NCBI GenBank assembly: GCA_910584035.1
Contig: CAJTZR010000001.1
Location: forward strand, 1,576-65,575
Length of the DNA: 64,000 nt
Origin: an uncultured Christensenella sp.
GTDB lineage: Bacteria > Bacillota > Clostridia > Christensenellales > UBA3700
Reading direction: 5' to 3'
Of the stretch, positions 36,860 to 44,399 are shown in pieces. The notes under the pieces were generated by a model. The model had not been told where the DNA came from, searched no databases, and saw only the letters and a list, made by a program, of their open reading frames with translations. A program made the position numbers and the translations under genes. Positions within the stretch are counted from its first letter, which is position 1; the number at the start of each line of letters is the position of its first letter.

Positions 36860-37963
36860 ATGTTAATAGATAAAAGAATTGAAAAATTGGCACACGGCTT
36901 GGTTGACTTTTCTTGCGATGTGCAAAAAGGTGAAAATGTATTGATTGAGGCAACTGGCGTTGACTATCAACTTGTTGCAAGCCTTGTTAAAGAGGTGTAT
37001 GCAAAAGGTGCATATCCATTTGTAAACTTAACAGATTTGCGTATTAAACGTGAGTGGATGAAAGGTATGAGCGAGGAACTTGCAAAAAAATATGCGGATA
37101 TGGAAATGTATAGAATGAAAGATATGCAAGCATATATCGCAATACGTGGCGGTAGTAACAATCAAGAGCTATCTGATGTTGATTTGGCAATGTACAACAG
37201 AATTATGCGACCAGTGCTAAACCAAAGAGTTGACCATACAAAATGGGTTGTGCTTAGATATCCAACAGAGTCAATGAGTCAACAAGCTGGAATGAGTACT
37301 GAAGCTTTTGAGGACTTTTACTTTGACGTATGTACACTTGACTACAGCAAAATGGATAAGGCAATGACACCGCTTGTAGAACTTATGAATAAGACTGACA
37401 AAGTAAGGATAGTTGCAAAAGATACTGACTTAACATTTTCAATCAAAGGTATTCCAGCCATCAAATGTAGCGGTTTGAGGAATATTCCAGACGGCGAGGT
37501 TTATACTGCACCCGTAAAAGATAGTGTAAATGGTGTAATAACTTACAATGTTCCATCTGTGGAGGAGGGGATAAAGTTTGAAAATGTACGTTTGGAATTT
37601 AAAAATGGTAAAATTGTAAAAGCAACAGCGAACAACACTGAAGCAATTAACAAGATTTTTGATACAGACGAGGGAGCAAGGTTCGTTGGCGAGTTTGCAC
37701 TTGGCGTAAATCCATATATTACCAAGGCTATGGGAGATATTCTATTTGACGAGAAAATTAGTGGTTCAATTCATTTTACCCCAGGTCAAAGCTATGAAGA
37801 TGCACCAAACGGCAATAAATCTGCTATCCATTGGGACTTGGTACAAGTTCAAACAGCAGAGTATGGCGGTGGTGAGATATATTTTGATGATGTATTGATT
37901 AGAAAAGACGGCTTATTTGTGCTTGACGAATTAAAATGCCTAAACCCAGAAAATTTAAAATAA
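36860..37963 (+). CDS. M29-family aminopeptidase (AmpS/PepS-like)
   Basis: 367 aa. KLAHGLVDFSCDVQKGENVLIEA, NIPDGEVYTAP and GEFALGVNP...HFTPG are typical of the thermophilic-metalloprotease M29 family. Confidence 0.8.
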   Translation: MLIDKRIEKLAHGLVDFSCDVQKGENVLIEATGVDYQLVASLVKEVYAKGAYPFVNLTDLRIKREWMKGMSEELAKKYADMEMYRMKDMQAYIAIRGGSNNQELSDVDLAMYNRIMRPVLNQRVDHTKWVVLRYPTESMSQQAGMSTEAFEDFYFDVCTLDYSKMDKAMTPLVELMNKTDKVRIVAKDTDLTFSIKGIPAIKCSGLRNIPDGEVYTAPVKDSVNGVITYNVPSVEEGIKFENVRLEFKNGKIVKATANNTEAINKIFDTDEGARFVGEFALGVNPYITKAMGDILFDEKISGSIHFTPGQSYEDAPNGNKSAIHWDLVQVQTAEYGGGEIYFDDVLIRKDGLFVLDELKCLNPENLK

Positions 37964-38043
37964 TAAGCATTTAATTAATTCGTTTAGTAACAACGCTAAT
38001 CAAATAATAAGGCTAATCAAATAATAATGTTAATTATGGGTTA

Positions 38044-38071
38044 CTTTTCATTAATACCAATTAATGAAAAG
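38044..38071 (+). terminator. Hairpin downstream of the aminopeptidase gene
   Basis: CTTTTCATTAAT-ACCA-ATTAATGAAAAG perfect 12-bp stem. The T-tract after it is weak. Confidence 0.45.
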
Positions 38072-38176
38072 CTTTAGTAAGTTTTTATATAGTAAATTTA
38101 TTAAGTTTTTTATGTAATCAATAACATATAGACTTTGTTTTAACTATCGGTAATCACTATACAAAAAGCTTTAAAC

Positions 38177-38276
38177 AACTTCCGTTATCGGAAGTTTTAT
38201 GAAAAAATATTGCCCAAAATTTCCGATATCGGAAATTATTACACAATATCACTTGACAAATTTCCGATAACGGAAT
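38177..38276 (+). promoter_or_regulatory. Three phased TTCCG-N4-CGGAA palindromes (operator array) upstream of the HTH-Fic gene
   Basis: AACTTCCGTTATCGGAAGTT at 38177-38196; AATTTCCGATATCGGAAATT at 38218-38237 (perfect 20-mer); TTCCGATAACGGAA at 38262-38275. Centres are exactly 41 bp apart. Confidence 0.75.
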
Positions 38277-38281
38277 AAAAT
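38253..38281 (+). promoter_or_regulatory. Fic promoter TTGACA-17-TAAAAT
   Basis: TTGACA at 38253-38258 and TAAAAT at 38276-38281. The third palindrome occupies the spacer. Confidence 0.6.
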
Positions 38282-38338
38282 ATATATACAACAAGTTTAA
38301 TTTAAAAAGTTTTTGTTTAAATTAATGAGAGGTGTTTA

Positions 38339-39229
38339 GTGGAATTTTTATCAGTTGCGGAAATTGCGAAAAAGTGGAATATTTCAGATAGAATGGTAAG
38401 GAATTATTGTGCCAGTGGTAGGATAGCGGGAGCATTTTTGACGGGCAAAACTTGGAATATCCCAGCCAATGCACAAAAGCCACTAAATGTAAAAGAGGAA
38501 AGTTGCGGTAATGATTTGTTAGCAATTTTAAAGCGAGAAAAAGATACGTCTTTAACTGGTGGTATATATCACAAAACGCAAATAGAATTAACATATAATT
38601 CCAACCATATTGAGGGTAGTACTTTAACTCACGACCAAACTAGATATATTTTTGAAACTTGTACTATAGGTGTTGAAAGTGGCAGTGCTTTGAATGTTGA
38701 CGATATTATTGAAACATCAAATCATTTTAAATGTGTTGATTACATTATTGATAATGCCACTAAGTCAATAAGCGAAGCAATGATAAAAAAATTGCATTTT
38801 ATTTTAAAAAACGGCACAAGCGATAGCCGAAAAAGTTGGTTTAATGTAGGCGAGTATAAAAAGTTGCCTAATGAGGTGGGGTTTGAGGAAACTTGTAAAC
38901 CCGAAAAAGTTAAGACTGAAATAAAAAAACTTTTGGATAGCTACAATGCCATACAAGATAAAACTTTTGAGCAAATTTTGCAGTTCCATAAAGATTTTGA
39001 GAGTATACACCCTTTTCAAGACGGCAATGGTAGAGTAGGCAGATTGATAATGTTTAAGGAATGTCTTGCTAATAACATTGTTCCTTTTATAATTGACGAA
39101 TATCATAAACTATTTTATTATCGTGGCTTAAAAGAATGGAAAACAGAAAAAGGTTACCTAATTGACACTTGCTTATCTTGTCAAGATAAATACAAGTCGT
39201 GGCTTGATTATTTTCAAATCAAGTATTAA
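38339..39229 (+). CDS. Fic-family (AMPylase-type) protein with an N-terminal MerR/excisionase-like HTH
   Basis: GTG start after GAGAGGTG. LSVAEIAKKWNISDRMVRNYC is an HTH. HPFQDGNGRVGR matches HxFx(D/E)GNGRxxR. SNHIEG matches the inhibitory [ST]xxxE[GN] motif N-terminal to the core. Confidence 0.85.
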   Translation: MEFLSVAEIAKKWNISDRMVRNYCASGRIAGAFLTGKTWNIPANAQKPLNVKEESCGNDLLAILKREKDTSLTGGIYHKTQIELTYNSNHIEGSTLTHDQTRYIFETCTIGVESGSALNVDDIIETSNHFKCVDYIIDNATKSISEAMIKKLHFILKNGTSDSRKSWFNVGEYKKLPNEVGFEETCKPEKVKTEIKKLLDSYNAIQDKTFEQILQFHKDFESIHPFQDGNGRVGRLIMFKECLANNIVPFIIDEYHKLFYYRGLKEWKTEKGYLIDTCLSCQDKYKSWLDYFQIKY

Positions 39230-39399
39230 TTTAGGTTTTAATTATATTTAATTAGTATCTTTAAATAGTTAGTTTAATTTTTTTAGTAAATATACTTTAA
39301 AATTGTTATAAAAGACTAGACAAATTGACTAATTTTTGGTAAAATAAATACAAACAATAATAAATTGTGCCTATTATAGGCAATTTGGAGGATAAATAA

Positions 39400-40428
39400 A
39401 TGGCAAAAGCTAATAAAACAGTAAAAGTTGCTATTAACGGCTTCGGTCGTATTGGTCGTCTTGCATTCAGACAAATGTTCGGTGCAGAAGGTTTTGAGGT
39501 TGTTGCAATCAACGATTTGACAAGCCCTAAAATGCTTGCTCACCTTTTGAAGTATGACTCTTCTCAAGGTAGATATGCTTTGGCTGACACTGTTTCAGCA
39601 ACTGAGGATTCTATCATTGTTGATGGTAAAGAGATTAAAATTTACGCTATGGCTAACGCTGCAGAGCTTCCTTGGGGTAAAATCGGTGTAGACGTTGTAC
39701 TTGAGTGTACTGGTTTCTATACTTCTAAAGCAAAAGCACAAGCTCACATTGATGCAGGTGCTAAGAAAGTTGTTATTTCTGCTCCAGCTGGTAACGACCT
39801 TCCAACTATCGTTTACAATGTTAACCACGACAAAATGACAGCTGATGACCATATCATTTCTGCTGCATCTTGTACTACTAACTGCCTAGCTCCTATGGCT
39901 AAAGCTTTAAATGATAACTGGGCTGTTCAATCTGGTATTATGAGCACTATTCACGCTTATACTGGTGACCAAATGACTTTGGACGGACCTCAAAGAAAGG
40001 GTGACCTTCGCCGTTCAAGAGCTGCTGCTGTAAATATCGTTCCTAACTCAACTGGTGCTGCTAAAGCTATCGGTTTGGTTATCCCAGAGCTAAATGGTAA
40101 ACTTATCGGTTCTGCTCAAAGAGTTCCAACTCCAACTGGTTCAACTACTATCTTGGTTGCTGTTGTTAAAGGTACTCCTACTAAAGAGCAAATCAATGCT
40201 GCTATGAAAGCTCAATCTAACGAGTCATTCGGTTATACTGAGGACGAAATCGTTTCAAGTGACGTTATCGGTATGAGATTTGGTAGCTTGTTTGATGCTA
40301 CTCAAACAATGGTTATGGATATGGGTAATGGTTACTCTCAAGTACAAGTTGTTTCTTGGTATGATAATGAGAACTCATATACAAGCCAAATGGTAAGAAC
40401 AATTAAGCACTTCGCTAAATTCTTCTAA
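39400..40428 (+). CDS. gap: Type I glyceraldehyde-3-phosphate dehydrogenase
   Basis: 342 aa. INGFGRIGR, active-site SCTTNCLAP and WYDNE. RBS GGAGGA. Confidence 0.95.
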   Translation: MAKANKTVKVAINGFGRIGRLAFRQMFGAEGFEVVAINDLTSPKMLAHLLKYDSSQGRYALADTVSATEDSIIVDGKEIKIYAMANAAELPWGKIGVDVVLECTGFYTSKAKAQAHIDAGAKKVVISAPAGNDLPTIVYNVNHDKMTADDHIISAASCTTNCLAPMAKALNDNWAVQSGIMSTIHAYTGDQMTLDGPQRKGDLRRSRAAAVNIVPNSTGAAKAIGLVIPELNGKLIGSAQRVPTPTGSTTILVAVVKGTPTKEQINAAMKAQSNESFGYTEDEIVSSDVIGMRFGSLFDATQTMVMDMGNGYSQVQVVSWYDNENSYTSQMVRTIKHFAKFF

Positions 40429-40484
40429 GATACCATTTAAACAATCTAACTAAAAAGATTTATTTTAAACAATATGTAATTAAG

Positions 40485-40512
40485 CAAAAAAGCGGGCATC
40501 GCCCGCTTTTTG
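40485..40512. terminator. gap terminator
   Basis: AAAAAAGCGGGC-ATC-GCCCGCTTTTTG: a GC-rich stem with flanking A and T runs. Confidence 0.8.
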
Positions 40513-40732
40513 TTTGCTTTAATTAATTTAAATAGTGTATAGATATATAATTTATAATTTATAAATAAAAAGTTATAAAAATATAATAGTTTCCTTTTTT
40601 CGCTTATTTATTTAATTTTATTTATCATAAAAAGCTGATAGAAAATTATTAAAATATTTAAAAGAGTAAAAAATTAATTGTAATCAATTTTTTAAACCAT
40701 TAATTTTTAATTACATTTTAAATATTTTACAA

Positions 40733-40791
40733 TGCGTTTCATTTACGGAACGCATTTTTATTTTTCAAGTATTATAATTCGATGTGTCGAA
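40733..40791 (+). promoter_or_regulatory. Control region of HTH-A: GCGTT-N10-AACGC inverted repeat, TATAAT, TTCGA-N4-TCGAA palindrome
   Basis: TGCGTTTCATTTACGGAACGCA at 40733-40754; TATAAT at 40773-40778; TTCGATGTGTCGAA at 40778-40791. The same layout recurs upstream of HTH-C. Confidence 0.6.
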
Positions 40792-40817
40792 CATAAGTTT
40801 TGACTTAGGAGGATAAT

Positions 40818-41054
40818 ATGATAAAATTTAATGAAGCAGTTGCTCAAAGAACAAAGGAATTATTGAATGAGATAGGGAAAAAACCTTATTATCTCTATAA
40901 AGAAGGTGGTATACCACGTTCAACTATATCAAATGTTTTAAATTGTAATATAAATAAAGTAAGTGGTGAATTAATTTATCAAATTAGTAGTGTGTTGCAA
41001 ATTAAATTAAAAGATTTTTATGATTCACCTCTGTTTGATGAGATTAGTAATTAA
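40818..41054 (+). CDS. Small XRE-type HTH protein (paralogue A)
   Basis: 78 aa. LYKEGGIPRSTISNVLNC...LIYQISSVLQIKLKDFY fits an HTH_3-like helix-turn-helix. RBS AGGAGGA. Confidence 0.7.
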   Translation: MIKFNEAVAQRTKELLNEIGKKPYYLYKEGGIPRSTISNVLNCNINKVSGELIYQISSVLQIKLKDFYDSPLFDEISN

Positions 41055-41056
41055 AA

Positions 41057-41094
41057 CAAAATAGCACTTTCAAATTTTTGAAAGTGCTATTTTG
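41057..41094. terminator. Bidirectional terminator shared by HTH-A (+) and the SLOG gene (-)
   Basis: CAAAATAGCACTTTCAAA-TT-TTTGAAAGTGCTATTTTG, a perfect 18-bp inverted repeat. Confidence 0.7.
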
Positions 41095-41149
41095 TATGAT
41101 ATCAAGCAAACAATAGAATTATAAGAGATAAGAATACAAAATAACTATA

Positions 41150-41620
41150 TTATTCAAATAAATTTATAATTTGTTTCCCCATTTTTTCTGCATATTTTAC
41201 AGCTATTCTTGTGCCACCAAAAGAGATTCTGTTGTCATAATAACAAATTAGGGTGTCACAGCTATCAATCATTCTTTTATTGCTTTCAATAATTTTTTGT
41301 TTATAATGACACATTTCAATTTCGTACATTACAGTTTCTACGTCAGAATAAGGACGATAAACATCTTTACCAAAAATAACATCATAAGATATTTGGGGTT
41401 TTATTTGATTAAGGCTTGTTATAACAACCTCAATTCTAATTTTATGACCTTGTTGTCTTAATTCTCTGCACGCAGATAATGCAAATTCGTCAAAATTCCC
41501 ATAAGTTCCCATTGTAAAATAATTACAACCTAATTCAATTTCATTCTTTATAGCATTATACAACTTATCCGTTATTCGGTAAGCATCTCTATGTCCTATA
41601 AAAGCAACTTTTTTACTCAT
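41150..41620 (-). CDS. YpsA/DUF1273-like SLOG-superfamily protein
   Basis: 156 aa. VAFIGHRD...LGCNYFTMGTYGNFDEFALSA...IRIEVVI and the C-terminal NKRMIDSCDTLICYYDNRISFGGTRIAVKYAEKMGK follow the DUF1273 pattern as I recall it (TGHRP...G.lGvD...; rn.fmvd.sD.ll.vyD...gG). RBS AGAGGTG. Confidence 0.55.
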   Translation of the reverse strand: MSKKVAFIGHRDAYRITDKLYNAIKNEIELGCNYFTMGTYGNFDEFALSACRELRQQGHKIRIEVVITSLNQIKPQISYDVIFGKDVYRPYSDVETVMYEIEMCHYKQKIIESNKRMIDSCDTLICYYDNRISFGGTRIAVKYAEKMGKQIINLFE

Positions 41621-41634
41621 ATCGCACCTCTAAA

Positions 41635-41650
41635 GTTCCGTATACCGAAC
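41635..41650. promoter_or_regulatory. Palindrome GTTCCGTATACCGAAC just upstream of the SLOG RBS
   Basis: 7 of 8 arm positions are complementary. It lies in the 152-bp divergent control region between the SLOG gene and HTH-C. Confidence 0.45.
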
Positions 41651-41688
41651 GTTTTTTAAATTTTATCACGTTTTCAAGTTTTTGTAAA

Positions 41689-41746
41689 GCGTTTTGTATG
41701 TGGAACGCAATTTTTTATATAAAGTATTACAATTCGATATATCGAA
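41689..41746 (+). promoter_or_regulatory. Control region of HTH-C: GCGTT-N10-AACGC, TACAAT, perfect TTCGATATATCGAA palindrome
   Basis: GCGTTTTGTATGTGGAACGC at 41689-41708; TACAAT at 41728-41733; TTCGATATATCGAA at 41733-41746. Confidence 0.6.
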
Positions 41747-41772
41747 CATAATAATTGTATTAGGAGGACAAT

Positions 41773-42009
41773 ATGATTAAATTAAATGAGGCTATTGCAA
41801 AAAGAACAAGCGAGTTATTGAATGAGATAGGACAAAAGCCTTATTATCTCTTTAAAAAGGGTGGGGTGCCACGTTCAACAATATCCAACCTTTTGAGTTG
41901 TCAAATTAAAAATGTTAGTAGTGGTTTATTATATCAAATTTGTAGTACTTTAGACATAAAATTAAAAGACTTTTTTGACTCACCATTATTTGACGAAATT
42001 AGCGATTAA
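41773..42009 (+). CDS. Small XRE-type HTH protein (paralogue C)
   Basis: 78 aa. 57 of 78 residues are identical to paralogue A with no gaps (my hand alignment). RBS AGGAGGA. Confidence 0.7.
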   Translation: MIKLNEAIAKRTSELLNEIGQKPYYLFKKGGVPRSTISNLLSCQIKNVSSGLLYQICSTLDIKLKDFFDSPLFDEISD

Positions 42010-42012
42010 TGT

Positions 42013-42046
42013 AATTCTCCTTAACAAGTTTTTGCTAAGGAGAATT
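42013..42046 (+). terminator. Terminator of HTH-C
   Basis: AATTCTCCTTA-(12 nt)-TAAGGAGAATT 11-bp stem followed by AATTTTG. Confidence 0.6.
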
Positions 42047-42230
42047 AATTTTGTTACACTAATTATTTATAGATTAAAATTTTTATAAATTAAATATAAT
42101 AATTATAAAGTAAATTGCAGAACATTTTTTCGCCCATATAATAAGCTTTATTTTTACTTTCGCTAAACTTTTCTAAGAACTTCTAATATTATTTTTTGAG
42201 TTTTTGATAACATTCCTAAAAAGGGTTTTG

Positions 42231-42259
42231 TTGACATTTTATTAATTATAAGATATAAT
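42231..42259 (+). promoter_or_regulatory. Consensus promoter TTGACA-17-TATAAT for the 440-aa/hydrolase operon
   Basis: TTGACA at 42231-42236 and TATAAT at 42254-42259, 22 nt before the ATG at 42281. Confidence 0.65.
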
Positions 42260-42280
42260 ATAATTATAAGGAATTTACAT

Positions 42281-43603
42281 ATGACAAATTTAGGTGTGCA
42301 ACAATTACATATTATACCATTTGATTTAGGGTGTGTTTTTTATGATTGTTTAAGTATTAACAATTCAAAAAATTTAGATTTTGCAAAACATTTTATTGAT
42401 AAATTAACAAATGATTCTAAAGCATACAATTTTACAATTGAGAATAATATAGTATTAAAATACACGGGTAAAGAAATAACGGATATTGAATATAAAAAAT
42501 GCAAATTGGCAGAGACTGCAATTTGTATTGCTAATTTAATGCCAAATTTAAAATGTTATATTTTAGCTAATGGTATTGGTATTTTTGTATTAGCTGATTT
42601 AGAGGGAAAGGCGTTATTAAAAACTGATGAATCAATTAAAGATTATAGTAAAGCGATATTGGCTAATTATCAAAAAAAAGTAACTCAAGCAAGTATTTTA
42701 AAGAGGTTTAATGGTGAAGAGATACTTTCAGAAGAAAATAAAGCTATGTTAACTTTTCGTGAACTATGTTGGAATATTGTAAATGAGAGAAGCATTAAAA
42801 GAAAAAGTGTCAATGTAAGAAAATATTCTGGTTCAAGTAGTTATAAAGCTAATGGCTTGTCGTATGTGCTTAGTATTTATCTATTAAAAGAGAATGAATT
42901 AACAAAGAATGAACTTAATCACCTTATGCGTTCTACTATATTTAACAAAGTTGTTGATAAGAATGAGTGGGCAAAAATAAATGAAACAATTTATAATTTA
43001 GAGTGTGAGGATAATGTTACTACATTAAAAATTGGTGATACTAATACATATTATTCGTGGTCTGCAGTTGCCGTTGAGGTAAAACAAGATATTGACAATT
43101 TTGATGAGATTTCTAAAAATTCTGTTTTATCGGCTATGATTAAATCGGAATTATATGTTCAATCAAGATGGTTTATTGCAGACAATTCTATGGATAATGT
43201 TAATAAAAATTCACATTGTAGCTTAGAGGGGTTGCAAAGACTGGCAAGCTTTGTTGAATTTTCACAAGCAGAGTTGGAAAACGATATTAGTGCAAATATG
43301 AATTCGCTTTATAAAAAAGTGTTAAATCAAGTTGTAATAACTTCTGAAGTAAGGCAATTATACAAATCGGTTGCAAATCAAATTAATACGCAAAAAAAGA
43401 TTAAAGAAGCTCACTATCAAGATAAAAAAAGAAAAAATAAATTGATAGCTGACTTGTTTTTGGCAGTATTCTCTGCGTCCACATTATACAAAACAGTTAT
43501 GGACCTTATAAGTGGTAAATTTGATTGGTATAATTGGTTGATTTTTGCAGCAATGTTGGTTATTGCAGTGGGAACAATAATTTTTAATTATAAAAATAAA
43601 TAG
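42281..43603 (+). CDS. Uncharacterised 440-aa protein: soluble N-terminal region, K/Q/E-rich helical segment, two hydrophobic helices at the extreme C-terminus
   Basis: Long ORF with its own consensus promoter. C-terminal LIADLFLAVFSASTLYKTVMDLI and WYNWLIFAAMLVIAVGTIIF are TM-like. I recognise no catalytic or family motif. Confidence 0.8.
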   Translation: MTNLGVQQLHIIPFDLGCVFYDCLSINNSKNLDFAKHFIDKLTNDSKAYNFTIENNIVLKYTGKEITDIEYKKCKLAETAICIANLMPNLKCYILANGIGIFVLADLEGKALLKTDESIKDYSKAILANYQKKVTQASILKRFNGEEILSEENKAMLTFRELCWNIVNERSIKRKSVNVRKYSGSSSYKANGLSYVLSIYLLKENELTKNELNHLMRSTIFNKVVDKNEWAKINETIYNLECEDNVTTLKIGDTNTYYSWSAVAVEVKQDIDNFDEISKNSVLSAMIKSELYVQSRWFIADNSMDNVNKNSHCSLEGLQRLASFVEFSQAELENDISANMNSLYKKVLNQVVITSEVRQLYKSVANQINTQKKIKEAHYQDKKRKNKLIADLFLAVFSASTLYKTVMDLISGKFDWYNWLIFAAMLVIAVGTIIFNYKNK

Positions 43604-43610
43604 GTGTTTT

Positions 43611-44165
43611 ATGAAAAATATTTTAATAGTTGTTGATGTGCAAAATGGGTTTAATCGTTATGAACAAACACATATTTTAGTTGATAAAATTGCAAAGTTA
43701 ACAAATAGTGGTTTATTTGACAAGATAATAGCAACAAGATTTAGAAATAAAGAGGGTAGTCAGTACACAAAATTTCTAAATTGGCATAGGCTTATAGATG
43801 ATAATGATATTGAATTGGTAAAAGGCATTAAAGCGGATTTAGTTGTTGATAAGTGGATATACACTTGTATTAATGAGCAATTTATTTCTTTATTAAAACA
43901 AGTTAATGACAACGAATTACCAACACACATTTTTATCTGCGGTGCAGATACTGATTGTTGTGTTTTAAAAATAGCGACAGATATTTTTGAGCAAGGTATA
44001 ATGCCTATCGTATTAAGTGAATATTGCGATTCTAATGCTGGACCATTGTCTCACGAGGCAGGTTTATTAGTTATGAAAAGACTTATTGGAAAAAATAGTA
44101 TAGTTTCTAATGTCATTGCTAGTAAAGAGGATATTCAAAACATTATAAAAGAAAGACAATATTAA
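43611..44165 (+). CDS. Isochorismatase-family cysteine hydrolase (nicotinamidase-like fold; substrate unknown)
   Basis: 184 aa. ILIVVDVQNGF and ICGADTDCCV are the hallmark Asp and Cys motifs of the family. It starts 7 nt after the preceding stop, with RBS TAGGTG. Confidence 0.75.
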   Translation: MKNILIVVDVQNGFNRYEQTHILVDKIAKLTNSGLFDKIIATRFRNKEGSQYTKFLNWHRLIDDNDIELVKGIKADLVVDKWIYTCINEQFISLLKQVNDNELPTHIFICGADTDCCVLKIATDIFEQGIMPIVLSEYCDSNAGPLSHEAGLLVMKRLIGKNSIVSNVIASKEDIQNIIKERQY

Positions 44166-44181
44166 TCTAGTTATTGCATTG

Positions 44182-44212
44182 CCACCCTAGTTATAAATAG
44201 GGTGGTTTTATA
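44182..44212 (+). terminator. Terminator ending the island operon
   Basis: CCACCCTA-GTTATAAA-TAGGGTGG followed by TTTTATATTTT. Confidence 0.7.
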
Positions 44213-44266
44213 TTTTAACAATTATACAAAGAAATGTATAAAAGGTGAGTAAATTTGTGGTATTTA

Positions 44267-44299
44267 TGCAAAAATTATTCAAAAATGCATAAATATACA
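44267..44299 (+). promoter_or_regulatory. Candidate ARG-box-like palindromes upstream of argG
   Basis: TGCAAAAATTATTCA at 44267-44281 and TGCATAAATATACA at 44286-44299. The second fits TGnAT-W4-ATnCA, the shape of the E. coli ARG box core TGAAT-W4-ATTCA. Confidence 0.3.
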
Positions 44300-44337
44300 T
44301 AAATTTATATTATTTTTGATAATTTATGCAAAATCAG

Positions 44338-44366
44338 TTGACAAAATTGCATATTGTTTGTATAAT
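44338..44366 (+). promoter_or_regulatory. argG promoter TTGACA-17-TATAAT
   Basis: TTGACA at 44338-44343 and TATAAT at 44361-44366. Confidence 0.65.
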
Positions 44367-44399
44367 AAGGTAAAAATATTCATTATGAGGTGATTTTTT

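Noticed and set aside
40516-44215. Calling the gap/argG island a prophage remnant or integrative element
   Set aside because: There is no integrase, recombinase, transposase, tRNA target or flanking direct repeats that I could find. Only the DUF1273-like gene and the XRE-type regulators have a phage flavour, so I report it as an accessory island of unknown mobility.
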